A stretch of 50,252 nt of DNA from Solirubrobacterales bacterium (GCA_035605615.1 DASTHF010000199.1:1-50252), one strand, 5' to 3'; positions 1 through 10,428 are shown, counted from the first letter of the stretch. The notes: generated by a model not told the origin, from the letters alone. Numbers and translations are program-made.

Positions 1-2
1 GC

Positions 3-2156
<2,154 letters not shown>

Positions 2157-2171
2157 CTCCGCCGACAGCGC

Positions 2172-3308
2172 ATGGAGCCCGGCCGCAGCGCGATCGGCAC
2201 CTGGAGCGGAGGCAGGTTCCTGCGCTTTGGCGAGGCCGTTGAGGAGGACCGCCTGGCGGCCCTGCTGCGCCCCGGCGATGGCATCGACACGGTCCTGAGC
2301 GCCGACGCCTACGGCGCCGGCGAGGCTGACCGCCTGCTGGGCCGGGCGCTGAGCGGCGTGCCGCGCGACAGCTACAGCCTGATCGGCGCCGTCGGCCACG
2401 ATTTCTACGCGGGCGAGCGCGACGGCCCGCGCGGCTTCCCGCGCTTCACCGATCCGCGCCTGCGCGGCCCCGGCGAGTTCGCCGACTACCTGCGGATGGC
2501 CGCGGAGCGCAGCCTGGAGCGGATCGGCGCCTCCTCGTTCGACGTCCTCCTCCTCCACAACCCCGATCGCACCGGCTACTCCAGCGAGGCGGTGTGGGAC
2601 GGGATGGCGGCGCTGCGCGAGGAGGGGCTCGCCGCCGCGATCGGCGTCGCGCCGGGACCCGCCAACGGCTTCACGCTCGACCTGATCGCCTGCATCGAGC
2701 ACTTCGGCGAGCGGATCGACTGGGCGATGATCATCCTCAACCCGTTCGAGCCCTGGCCGGGGGAGCTCTGCCTGGAGGCGGCCGAGCGCCACGGCGTCAG
2801 GGTGATCACCCGGGTCGTCGACTACGGCGGCCTCTTCTGGGACGACCTGCGGCCCGGGATGGAGCTGGCGCACGGCGACCATCGCGCCTTCCGCCCGGCC
2901 GGCTGGATCGAGGAAGGACTCGAGAGGCTGGAGCGGGTCGCGCCGATCGCCGCGCGCCGCGACCTCACGACGATCCAGCTCGCCTGCCATTGGAACCTGG
3001 CGCACCCGGCGGTCGAGTGCGTGGTGCCGACCCTGATCCAGGAGGCGGGCGAGGGCGCCCGCCCGATCGAGCGGAAGCGGGCCGAGCTGGCGGCGCTGCC
3101 GGTGGAGCCGCGGCTGAGCGAGGAGGAGGTTGAGGCAATCCGCGCCGTCGGCGACAACACCGGCTGCATGGCGCTGAAGGGGGCGAGCGCCACGCACGAC
3201 GGCGAGGAGCGCCCCGACCGCTGGTCGCTGAGCGACGAGCTGGTCGCCGCCGGCGCCCGCTGGGGGATCACCCCAGACCGCATTGCAGAGCGGAATATGC
3301 CATCCTAG
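2172..3308 (+). CDS. aldo/keto reductase family oxidoreductase
   Basis: 378-aa ORF with high GC3. DTVLSADAYGAGEADRLLGRAL and FDVLLLHNPD resemble aldo/keto reductase signature regions. Confidence 0.75.
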   Translation: MEPGRSAIGTWSGGRFLRFGEAVEEDRLAALLRPGDGIDTVLSADAYGAGEADRLLGRALSGVPRDSYSLIGAVGHDFYAGERDGPRGFPRFTDPRLRGPGEFADYLRMAAERSLERIGASSFDVLLLHNPDRTGYSSEAVWDGMAALREEGLAAAIGVAPGPANGFTLDLIACIEHFGERIDWAMIILNPFEPWPGELCLEAAERHGVRVITRVVDYGGLFWDDLRPGMELAHGDHRAFRPAGWIEEGLERLERVAPIAARRDLTTIQLACHWNLAHPAVECVVPTLIQEAGEGARPIERKRAELAALPVEPRLSEEEVEAIRAVGDNTGCMALKGASATHDGEERPDRWSLSDELVAAGARWGITPDRIAERNMPS

Positions 3309-3313
3309 GCGGG

Positions 3314-4426
3314 ATGTCCTCGCTGCCCGCGGATGAGCTGCACGAGCTTGCCGAACGGCAGGATCCGCGGCTCCTGAGGGCGCTCGACGTCGTCGCCCCG
3401 GGCGGCGCCCTGCGCGAAGGTATCGACAACATCGTCCACTCGCGCAGCGGCGGCCTGATCGTGCTCGGCGAGCCGGGCGACATCTCCCACATGCTCTCCG
3501 GCGGGATCAAGCTCGATATCGACTACACGCCGGCGATGCTCTACCAGGTGGCGAAGATGGACGGGGCGATCGTCCTCAACCCGCAGGCGACGAAGATCGT
3601 CTGGGCCAACGTCCAGCTGATGCCGGACCCGACGATCCTCTCCGGCGAGACCGGCACCCGCCACCGCACCGCCGAGCGCGTCTCCAAGCAGACCGATGCG
3701 CTGGTGATCGCGATCTCGCAGCGCCGCGACATCGTCTCCCTCTACGTGGAAGGGACGAAGTACATCCTCCAGGACATCCCCGCCGTGCTCGCCAAGGCGA
3801 ACCAGGGGCTGGCGACGCTGGAGAAGTACCGCGAGCGGCTCGACCAGGTCTCAACCCGCCTCACGGTGCTGGAGTTCGAGGGCGGCGGCGTCCTCTATGA
3901 CGCGCTCGCCGTCCTGCAGCGGGCCGAGCTGGTGACCAGGATGGCGGTCGAGGTCGAGCGCTACATCATCGAGCTGGGCACCGAGGGGCGGCTGATCGAG
4001 ATGCAGCTGGAGGAGACGATGGTGGGCGTCGCCGCCGACAAGGCGGCGCTGATCCGCGACTACTCGGTCGAAGACTCCGAGCAGAACCTGGCGACGGTGC
4101 TGCAGTCGCTGGCGCGGCTGCCCCACCAGGACGTGCTCGACTTCGGCCGGCTCGCCGAGCTCTTGGGCTACGACCGCAAGCTCAACACGCTCGACTTCCC
4201 GGTCGCGCCGCGCGGCTACCGCGTCCTGGGCCGCGTGCCGCGCATTCCAAAGCTTGTCGTCCAGAAGATCATCCGGGAGCTGGGCGGGCTGGAGGAGGTC
4301 CTCGCGGCCTCCGACGCCGACCTGGAGGCCGTCGAGGGGGTCGGGCCGATCAGGGCCAAGGACATCCGCGAGGGGCTGCGGCGGCTTCAGGAGGTCGACG
4401 TGGTCGACAGGTACTTGCAGAGCTGA
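3314..4426 (+). CDS. disA: DNA integrity scanning protein DisA (diadenylate cyclase)
   Basis: N-terminal DAC domain (LREGIDNIVHSRSGGLIVLG, DGAIVL, GTRHRTAER). C-terminal helix-hairpin-helix (LEAVEGVGPIRAKDIREGL). It sits beside carD/ispD as in other Gram-positives. Confidence 0.9.
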   Translation: MSSLPADELHELAERQDPRLLRALDVVAPGGALREGIDNIVHSRSGGLIVLGEPGDISHMLSGGIKLDIDYTPAMLYQVAKMDGAIVLNPQATKIVWANVQLMPDPTILSGETGTRHRTAERVSKQTDALVIAISQRRDIVSLYVEGTKYILQDIPAVLAKANQGLATLEKYRERLDQVSTRLTVLEFEGGGVLYDALAVLQRAELVTRMAVEVERYIIELGTEGRLIEMQLEETMVGVAADKAALIRDYSVEDSEQNLATVLQSLARLPHQDVLDFGRLAELLGYDRKLNTLDFPVAPRGYRVLGRVPRIPKLVVQKIIRELGGLEEVLAASDADLEAVEGVGPIRAKDIREGLRRLQEVDVVDRYLQS

Positions 4427-4508
4427 CGGCCGATGGCGCCGTCCCGATGGAAAGGAGCAAGAGATTCCCGAGCTAGAGGAGGCAACTGAGGTCGGCTTCG
4501 AGGAGGAC

Positions 4509-5024
4509 GTGGAGGTCTACGTCTGCGACTTCGAGGAGGGGGACAAGGTCGTCTATCCCCACCACGGGGCGGGCCTTGTGCTGAAGAAAGAGACGCGGGA
4601 GCTGATGGGGACGGAACGTGAATACCTCACGATCAAGATCCTCCACAACGATCTCACCGTGATGGTTCCCTGCGAAAACGCCGGCATCGCGGGGCTGCGA
4701 CGCGTGATTGACGAGGATGAAATCAAGAAGGTGATGGAAGTCCTCACCGATGACGTGTCGGAGATGCCGAAGAACTGGAACCGGCGCTTCAAGTACAACC
4801 GCGAGAAGATCAAGACCGGCGACGTGTTCGAGCTCGCCGAGGTGGTCCGTAACCTGGCGCTCCGCGAGATGGAGAAGGGTCTCTCCACCGGCGAGAAGCA
4901 GATGTACACGCGGGCCAAGAAGATCCTCGCCTCGGAGTTCATGTACGCGCTCGACAAGGACGAGGACGGCGCCGAGGAATTCCTCGACGGCCTGCTGGAG
5001 GAGCGCTTCGCCGCCACCGCCTGA
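4509..5024 (+). CDS. carD: CarD/CdnL family RNA-polymerase-binding transcription regulator
   Basis: GDKVVYPHHGAGLVLKKETRELMGTEREYLTIKI plus the C-terminal NWNRRFKYNREKIKTGD are typical CarD. I chose GTG 4509 as the start, after a GAGGAGGA purine run. The tracked ORF start at 4254 overlaps disA and is rejected. Confidence 0.85.
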   Translation: MEVYVCDFEEGDKVVYPHHGAGLVLKKETRELMGTEREYLTIKILHNDLTVMVPCENAGIAGLRRVIDEDEIKKVMEVLTDDVSEMPKNWNRRFKYNREKIKTGDVFELAEVVRNLALREMEKGLSTGEKQMYTRAKKILASEFMYALDKDEDGAEEFLDGLLEERFAATA

Positions 5025-5028
5025 GAGC

Positions 5029-5709
5029 GTGTCCAGCGTCACAGCGGTCATCGCGGCCGCCGGCTCCGGAGAGAGGCTCGGAGCCGGCGGCCCGAAGGCC
5101 TTCGTGCCGCTCGCCGGCCGGCCGCTGGTCGAGTGGGCGATCGCGGCGTTTCGGGAGGTCGAGGGAGTGCGCTCGATCGTCGTCGCCTGCCCACCGGGCC
5201 ACGTCCACGAGCTGGGTGGACATGACCTGGGCGTGGTCGACGGCGGCGCGACTCGCTCGCAGTCGGTCGCCAACGCGCTGGCCGCAGTCGGCACCGGGCT
5301 GGTCGCGATCCACGACGCGGCGCGGCCGCTGGTTACCCCGGCGCTGATCGAAGACGTGTTCGCGACGCTGGTTGGAGATCCGGCCGCCGCCGGCGCGATC
5401 GCCGCGACGCCGATCACCGACACCATCAAGCGGGTGGCCGACGGCGTGGTCGAGACGACCGTCGACCGCGGAAGATTGTGGGCGGCGCAGACGCCGCAGG
5501 TGTTTCGGACCGAGACGTTGCGCGAGGCGCTTGCGACCTACCCGGGGGGTGCACCCGCGGCCACCGATGAGGCAATGCTCGTGGAGGCGATCGGCGGCAG
5601 GGTCCTGATCCACGCATCTTCGTCGGAGAACCTCAAGGTGACGACGCCGTTCGATCTGAGTCTCGCGGAGCTGCTCCTATCGGAGCAGCACCCAGACCAA
5701 GGCCGCTGA
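5029..5709 (+). CDS. ispD: 2-C-methyl-D-erythritol 4-phosphate cytidylyltransferase
   Basis: VIAAAGSGERLG...PKAFVPLAGRPL, then VAIHDAARPL and TDTIKRV motifs. The GTG start lies 4 nt after the carD stop. Confidence 0.9.
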   Translation: MSSVTAVIAAAGSGERLGAGGPKAFVPLAGRPLVEWAIAAFREVEGVRSIVVACPPGHVHELGGHDLGVVDGGATRSQSVANALAAVGTGLVAIHDAARPLVTPALIEDVFATLVGDPAAAGAIAATPITDTIKRVADGVVETTVDRGRLWAAQTPQVFRTETLREALATYPGGAPAATDEAMLVEAIGGRVLIHASSSENLKVTTPFDLSLAELLLSEQHPDQGR

Positions 5710-5823
5710 GAAGGCGATCTGGCCGATGCCGAAGGCGGTGCCGAGATTGATCGCTCCGAGCGCCTCGGCGATGACGGTGCCGGCGGCGAAGGCGACGGCA
5801 AGAAGCGCGAGCTGGCGGCCCAT
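5677..5823 (-). CDS. 48-aa hydrophobic small protein (two predicted TM segments), hypothetical
   Basis: This is the ATG-initiated terminal part of a longer shadow ORF: MGRQLALLAVAFAAGTVIAEALGAINLGTAFGIGQIAFSAALVWVLLR. Codon third positions are almost all G/C. TAGACT lies 10 nt upstream of the ATG. It overlaps the ispD 3' end by 33 nt. Confidence 0.4.
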   Translation of the reverse strand: MGRQLALLAVAFAAGTVIAEALGAINLGTAFGIGQIAFSAALVWVLLR

Positions 5824-5865
5824 GGCGCCGGCAAGTCTATGGGCCGACCGCGTAACGTCCCAAGC

Positions 5866-6714
5866 GTGCTGACCGACTACCACCTCCACCTGCGCCCCGA
5901 CGAGGAGGGGACGCCGCCCGAGCGCTACTTCACGGCGGAGAACGTCGACCGCTACCTGGAGGCGGCGGCCGCGGCGGGGATCGACGAGCTTGGCGTCTCC
6001 GAGCACATCCACCGCTTCAAGCAGGCGCTCCAGCTCTGGCGCCATCCATTCTGGGAGGAGCAGGCGCGCGACGACCTCAGCGCCTACTGCGGATTCGTCC
6101 GGGGCACGCCGCTGCGGCTCGGCATCGAGTGCGACTTCGTCCCCGGCGCCGAGGACCGCACCGGGGTGCTGCTCGACGCGCACGACTTCGACTACGTGGT
6201 CGGCTCGGTCCACTTCCTCGGCGACGCGGCGGTCGACCACGAGGGCTGGGACGTCTGGGAGGGGAGGGGCGACCCCGACGAGGTCTGGCGCCGCTATTTC
6301 GAGACCCTCGCCGAGTGCGCGCGCAGCGGCCTCTTCGACGTTCTCGCCCATCCCGACCTGGTCAAGGTCTGGGGCGGTGGACGGCCGCTGCCGAAGCGCG
6401 ACCCCCGCTTCTTCTACGAGCCGGCGGTCGAGGCGATCGCCGCGAGCGGGATCGCCGTCGAGGTCTCGACGGCGGGCCTGCGCAAGCCGGTCGGAGAGCT
6501 CTACCCGGCGCGGGCCTTCGCCGAGATGTGCGTCGAAGCGGGGGCCGCCTTCGCGCTCTCCTCGGACGCCCACCGGCCCGAGGAGGTCGGCTTCGGCTAC
6601 GACCGCGCTCTCGAGCTCCTCGCCGATCTGGGGGTGGGGGAGATCTGCGCGTTCGAGCGGCGGCAGCGGCGCCTCGAGCCGCTCGGCGCCGCGGTGGGCG
6701 AGAATCAAGGCTGA
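5866..6714 (+). CDS. PHP-family histidinol-phosphatase-like hydrolase (HisJ/HisK type)
   Basis: LTDYHLHL at the N-terminus, followed by GVSEHIHRF, VGSVHF, AHPDL and SSDAH metal-ligand motifs of the PHP fold. The GTG 5866 start is preferred because TAACGT lies 7 nt upstream; ATG 5839 is the alternative. Confidence 0.75.
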   Translation: MLTDYHLHLRPDEEGTPPERYFTAENVDRYLEAAAAAGIDELGVSEHIHRFKQALQLWRHPFWEEQARDDLSAYCGFVRGTPLRLGIECDFVPGAEDRTGVLLDAHDFDYVVGSVHFLGDAAVDHEGWDVWEGRGDPDEVWRRYFETLAECARSGLFDVLAHPDLVKVWGGGRPLPKRDPRFFYEPAVEAIAASGIAVEVSTAGLRKPVGELYPARAFAEMCVEAGAAFALSSDAHRPEEVGFGYDRALELLADLGVGEICAFERRQRRLEPLGAAVGENQG

Positions 6715-6715
6715 G

Positions 6716-7171
6716 ATGAGCGTTGGGATCGGGTACGACTGCCACCGCTTCGGCGCCGACCGGCCGCTGGTGCTGGGTGGCGTCGAGGTCGAGCACGAGA
6801 CGGGGCTGGCGGGCCACTCCGACGCCGACGTCCTCACCCACGCGGTGATCGACGCCCTGCTCGGCGCCGCCGGGGGCGGCGACATCGGCACCCTCTTCCC
6901 CGACGACGAGGACCTCTGGCGCGACGCCGACTCGATCGACCTGCTGCGCACCGTCGTCGGCACCGTGAGCGGGCGCATCGTCAACGTCGACGCGACGCTC
7001 GTCTGCGAGCAGCCGCGCCTCGCCCCCCACCGGGCCGAGATGGAGCGCATCCTCGCCGAGGTGACCTCGGCCCGGGTCAGCGTCAAGGCGACCACCAACG
7101 AGGGGATGGGGTGGATCGGCCGCGGCGAAGGGATCGCCTGCATCGCTGTGGCTTCGGTGGATAGCGACTAG
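6716..7171 (+). CDS. ispF: 2-C-methyl-D-erythritol 2,4-cyclodiphosphate synthase
   Basis: IGYDCHRF...LGGV...GHSDADVLTHAVIDALLGA...DIG..FP and a KATTNEGMG tail. The ATG lies 1 nt after the preceding stop. Confidence 0.93.
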   Translation: MSVGIGYDCHRFGADRPLVLGGVEVEHETGLAGHSDADVLTHAVIDALLGAAGGGDIGTLFPDDEDLWRDADSIDLLRTVVGTVSGRIVNVDATLVCEQPRLAPHRAEMERILAEVTSARVSVKATTNEGMGWIGRGEGIACIAVASVDSD

Positions 7172-7184
7172 TCTTCGCGGCGCG

Positions 7185-8834
7185 ATGGGCAAGCTCGGAT
7201 CGATCGCCACGGCAGCGCGGCGCAAGGCCTCGGACAAAGCGTTCGAGATGAAGGTGCTGCGCGAGTCCGGCATCCTCGGCATGCACCGCCCCGACAAGTC
7301 CCTGAAGGTCGTCTCCGCCTTTCTGCGCTGGGGCGCCTCGCCGGCCCTCGGCATCACGACGGCGGCGATTCACCACCCGGACGAGACAGCGCTGATCGAC
7401 GAGCGCGGCTCGCTCAGCTTCGAAGAGGTGCACCGTCGCTCGAATGCGCTCGCCCACTCGTTCAAGGAGATGGGTATCGGCTACGGCGACGGCATCGGGA
7501 TCATGTGCCGCAACCATCGCGGCTTCGTCGAGGCGACGCTCGCCGCCGCCAAGCTCGGCGCCAGCGCCCTCTACCTGAACACGATGTTCGCGGGGCCCCA
7601 GCTCGTCGAGGTGACGCGCCGCGAGAGGCCGAAGATCCTGGTCTGCGACGAGGAGTTCACGGAGCTGCTCGGCGAGGTCGACGAGAAGGTGGAGCGTGTC
7701 GTCGGCTGGACCGACGGGGGCGCCGCCGGGCCGACGATCGACTCGCTGATCGCGGCCGGCGACGAGTCTAGCCTGAAGCCGCCCCCCGACAAACCGCGCT
7801 TCGTGATCCTCACCTCCGGGACCACCGGGACTCCCAAGGGCGCGCAGCGCTCCAGCCCGGACGGGCTGTTCGCGCTCGCCGCGCTGATCGACAGAATCCC
7901 CTTCCGCAGCCGCGAGACGATGATGATCGCGGCGCCGCTCTTCCACTCCTGGGGCTTCCTCCACTTCATCCTCAGCCTGCCGACCTCCTCGACGATCGTC
8001 CTGCGGCGCCGCTTCGACCCGGAGAAGACGCTGCGGGCGGTGCAGGAGCATCGGGCCCAGGTGCTGGCGGCGATACCGGTGATGGTGCAGCGCATCCTGA
8101 GACTGCCCGAGGAGACGCTCTCCTCCTACGACCTTCCCTCGCTTCGGATCACCTCGCTGTCCGGCTCGGCGCTCCCCGGCGAGCTGGCGATCGAGTGGAT
8201 GGACCGCTTCGGCGACACGATCTACAACCTCTACGGCTCGACCGAGGTCGCCTACGCGACCGTCGCGACCCCCGAGGAACTGCGCGCCGCGCCCGGCACG
8301 GCCGGCCGCCCCCCCCGCGGCACCGTGGTCCGCCTCTACGACGACGAGGGCCGTGAGGTCCGGCCGGGCGAGGTTGGGCGGATCTTCGTCGGCAACGAGA
8401 TGTCGTTCGAGGGCTACACCGGCGGCGGCGGCAAAGAGGTGATAGACGGCCTGCTGAGCAGCGGCGACGTCGGCCACCTCGACGAGGCGGGGCGCCTCTT
8501 CGTCGACGGCCGCGACGACGAGATGATCGTCTCCGGCGGCGAGAACGTCTTCCCGCGCGAGGTCGAGGACCTGCTCGCCGACCACGAGGCGGTGGCCGAC
8601 GTGGCGGTGATCGGGGTCGAGGACGAGGAGTTCGGCCAGCGCCTCAAGGCCTTCGTGGTGGTCGCCGAGGCGATCGCTGTCTCCGAGGAGGACCTGAAGG
8701 CTCACGTCAAGTCCAATCTCGCCTCCTATAAGACGCCGCGCGAGGTCGTCTTCATGGAGGAGCTGCCGCGCAACGCGACCGGCAAGGTGCTGAAGCGCCA
8801 GCTGCGCGAGCGCGAGACGCAGAAGTCGGCCTGA
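7185..8834 (+). CDS. AMP-dependent acyl-CoA synthetase/ligase (FadD-like)
   Basis: AMP-binding motif LTSGTTGTPKGA, then YGSTE, SGDVG, GRDDEMIVSGGENVFPREVE, and a terminal lysine context (PRNATGKVLKRQL). Confidence 0.85.
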   Translation: MGKLGSIATAARRKASDKAFEMKVLRESGILGMHRPDKSLKVVSAFLRWGASPALGITTAAIHHPDETALIDERGSLSFEEVHRRSNALAHSFKEMGIGYGDGIGIMCRNHRGFVEATLAAAKLGASALYLNTMFAGPQLVEVTRRERPKILVCDEEFTELLGEVDEKVERVVGWTDGGAAGPTIDSLIAAGDESSLKPPPDKPRFVILTSGTTGTPKGAQRSSPDGLFALAALIDRIPFRSRETMMIAAPLFHSWGFLHFILSLPTSSTIVLRRRFDPEKTLRAVQEHRAQVLAAIPVMVQRILRLPEETLSSYDLPSLRITSLSGSALPGELAIEWMDRFGDTIYNLYGSTEVAYATVATPEELRAAPGTAGRPPRGTVVRLYDDEGREVRPGEVGRIFVGNEMSFEGYTGGGGKEVIDGLLSSGDVGHLDEAGRLFVDGRDDEMIVSGGENVFPREVEDLLADHEAVADVAVIGVEDEEFGQRLKAFVVVAEAIAVSEEDLKAHVKSNLASYKTPREVVFMEELPRNATGKVLKRQLRERETQKSA

Positions 8835-8919
8835 GGGCGTCTTTCGTCTCTCCGCTATTTGCGGATTCTTCCCTGGCGACGCGCAGGGGACGCCGCCTCC
8901 GGTAGTAGGTTCCAGGCGG

Positions 8920-9735
8920 ATGGGAGAGCCCGCAGTCCAGCTGACCGCGCTCGGCGAGGCCACCGACGAGATCAGGGGCGTCGCCAAGCAGGCGCTGGAG
9001 TGGGTGCAGCTGAGCGAGCGACGGCGCGCCGAGGTGGAGGCGAGGAGCGAGCGAGTCCGCGCGGCGCTCAAGGCGCGGGCGCTGGCCTCATTGCGCAAGC
9101 TTGCCGAGGAGGGACGCGAGCGGCTGGAGGCCGAGCGCGAGAAGATGTGTGAGGCGGTGGCGCGCGCCGAGCGCGCCGAGGCCGCGCGCGACCGGATCGA
9201 GGAGGCATTCGAGCAGGCGCGCGAGGAGGCCGACCGGCGTGTTCGCGAGGCGCTCGAGACGCAGCGGCAGGAGGCCGAGCGAAGGGTTCGCGAGGCGCTG
9301 GAGGAGCAGCAGGGCGAGGCGGACCGGCGGGTCGCCGCCGCCGAGCAGCGCGCCGCCGACGCCGAAGCGGCGGCCGAGGAGGCACGGCGGATCGCGGTTC
9401 GGATCGAGACGGAGATCGAGGAGCGGGTGATGAGGGGCACCGAGGAGGTGCGCCGCGAGGCGGAGGAGCGGGTGCGCAAGCTCGTCGAGAGGGTCGAGGG
9501 CGAGGCGGAGGAGAAGGCCCGCGCTCGCGCCGAGGAGCAGCTGCAAGCCGAGTCGGACCGCATCCGCCGCCAGGCCGAGCAGCGAGAGGAGCGGGTGCGG
9601 CGTGCCGCCGAGGAGGAGATCGAGGCGCGCGTCAAGCGGGCCCGCCGCGAGGTTCTCGCCGCCGCCGACGAGACCGCCCCCAACTGGGCCCGCCGCGAGG
9701 CCGCCGCCTCGGGCTCCATCTACCGGACTTTCTAG
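8920..9735 (+). CDS. Glu/Arg/Ala-rich coiled-coil protein with 15-residue repeats, hypothetical
   Basis: 271-aa ORF with high GC3. The antisense frame translates to Ser/Arg/Ala junk. TAGGTT lies 8 nt upstream of the ATG. There are three 45-nt coding repeats and a strong hairpin terminator directly downstream. Confidence 0.55.
   Translation: MGEPAVQLTALGEATDEIRGVAKQALEWVQLSERRRAEVEARSERVRAALKARALASLRKLAEEGRERLEAEREKMCEAVARAERAEAARDRIEEAFEQAREEADRRVREALETQRQEAERRVREALEEQQGEADRRVAAAEQRAADAEAAAEEARRIAVRIETEIEERVMRGTEEVRREAEERVRKLVERVEGEAEEKARARAEEQLQAESDRIRRQAEQREERVRRAAEEEIEARVKRARREVLAAADETAPNWARREAAASGSIYRTF
9229..9363 (+). repeat. three tandem 45-nt (15-codon) coding repeats inside the coiled-coil gene
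   Basis: Units are ADRRVREALETQRQE, AERRVREALEEQQGE and ADRRVAAAEQRAADA. GTTCGCGAGGCGCT(C/G)GAG recurs at 9241 and 9286. The third unit is degenerate. Confidence 0.5.
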
Positions 9736-9742
9736 GAATCCC

Positions 9743-9766
9743 GACGCCCTCCCGCGGGAGGGCGTC
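9743..9766. terminator. GC-rich hairpin between convergent genes (candidate bidirectional terminator)
   Basis: GACGCCCTCC-cgcg-GGAGGGCGTC has a 10-11 bp perfect stem. It lies between the coiled-coil stop (9735) and the rlmB stop (9766-9768). The T-tract is weak (TATT). Confidence 0.5.
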
Positions 9767-10425
9767 TATTGCCGTTGTCGGATCGCCTCGAAGAGGAGGG
9801 CCGTGGCGGCGGCTGAGACGTTGAGGGAGTCGACCGAGCCGTGGCGCGGCAGGGCGATCAGGCCGTCGCAGGCTGCCGCCACCCGTGGACGGATGCCCTT
9901 GCCCTCGCCGCCGAGAACGAGGACTGTCGGGCCGCGCAGGTCCACGTCCCAGGGAGCTTGCGTGGCGCCGGCGTCGGCGCCCCAGATCCAGAAGCCGGCG
10001 GCCTTCGCCTCGGCGAGCCAGTCGGCGAGGTTGCGGACGTGGGCGATGTCGAGGTGCTCGACCGCGCCCGCGGACGCCTTGCAGGCGACGGCGGTCACAT
10101 CTGCCGAGCGGCGCTCCGGTATCGCGATGCCGGCCACGCCGGCGAACTCGGTGGCGCGGCAGACCGCGCCGAGGTTGCGCGGGTCCTGGACCTGGTCGAG
10201 CGCCACGAGCAGCGCTCCCCTCCGGTTCAGCAGATCGCCGGCGTCAGCGTATGGATATGGATCGACCTCGGCGACGACGCCCTGGTGGTCGGGCGATCCG
10301 CACAGCCGCTCCAATTCCTCGGCCGGCGTCTCGGGGGCGCGCCAGATGCGGCGCACGCGTCGCTTGCCCCGCTCGGCCTCCTCGACCGGGCGCCGGCCAT
10401 AGATTGTCTGGCCGTCACCTGTCAC
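9766..10425 (-). CDS. rlmB: TrmH/SpoU-family 23S rRNA 2'-O-methyltransferase (RlmB-like)
   Basis: IYGRRPVEEA substrate-binding N-terminus, then LDQVQDPRNLGAVCRATEFAGV, VLVLGGEGKGIRP and SLNVSAAATALLFE SpoU motifs. It lies directly downstream of cysS, as in Bacillus and Mycobacterium. Confidence 0.85.
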   Translation of the reverse strand: MTGDGQTIYGRRPVEEAERGKRRVRRIWRAPETPAEELERLCGSPDHQGVVAEVDPYPYADAGDLLNRRGALLVALDQVQDPRNLGAVCRATEFAGVAGIAIPERRSADVTAVACKASAGAVEHLDIAHVRNLADWLAEAKAAGFWIWGADAGATQAPWDVDLRGPTVLVLGGEGKGIRPRVAAACDGLIALPRHGSVDSLNVSAAATALLFEAIRQRQ

Positions 10426-10428
10426 GCC

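Noticed and set aside
5824-7143. The upstream 440 codons of the minus-strand ORF 5677-7143
   Set aside because: This part is antisense to the PHP and ispF genes and has no motifs. Only the terminal 48 codons, from an internal ATG with its own -10-like signal, were retained, and those at low confidence.
7083-9719. 878-aa minus-strand ORF opposite the acyl-CoA synthetase and coiled-coil genes
   Set aside because: The translation is Ser/Arg/Ala-rich junk. The plus strand carries clear AMP-binding motifs, and for 8920-9735 it has better codon bias plus promoter and terminator signals.
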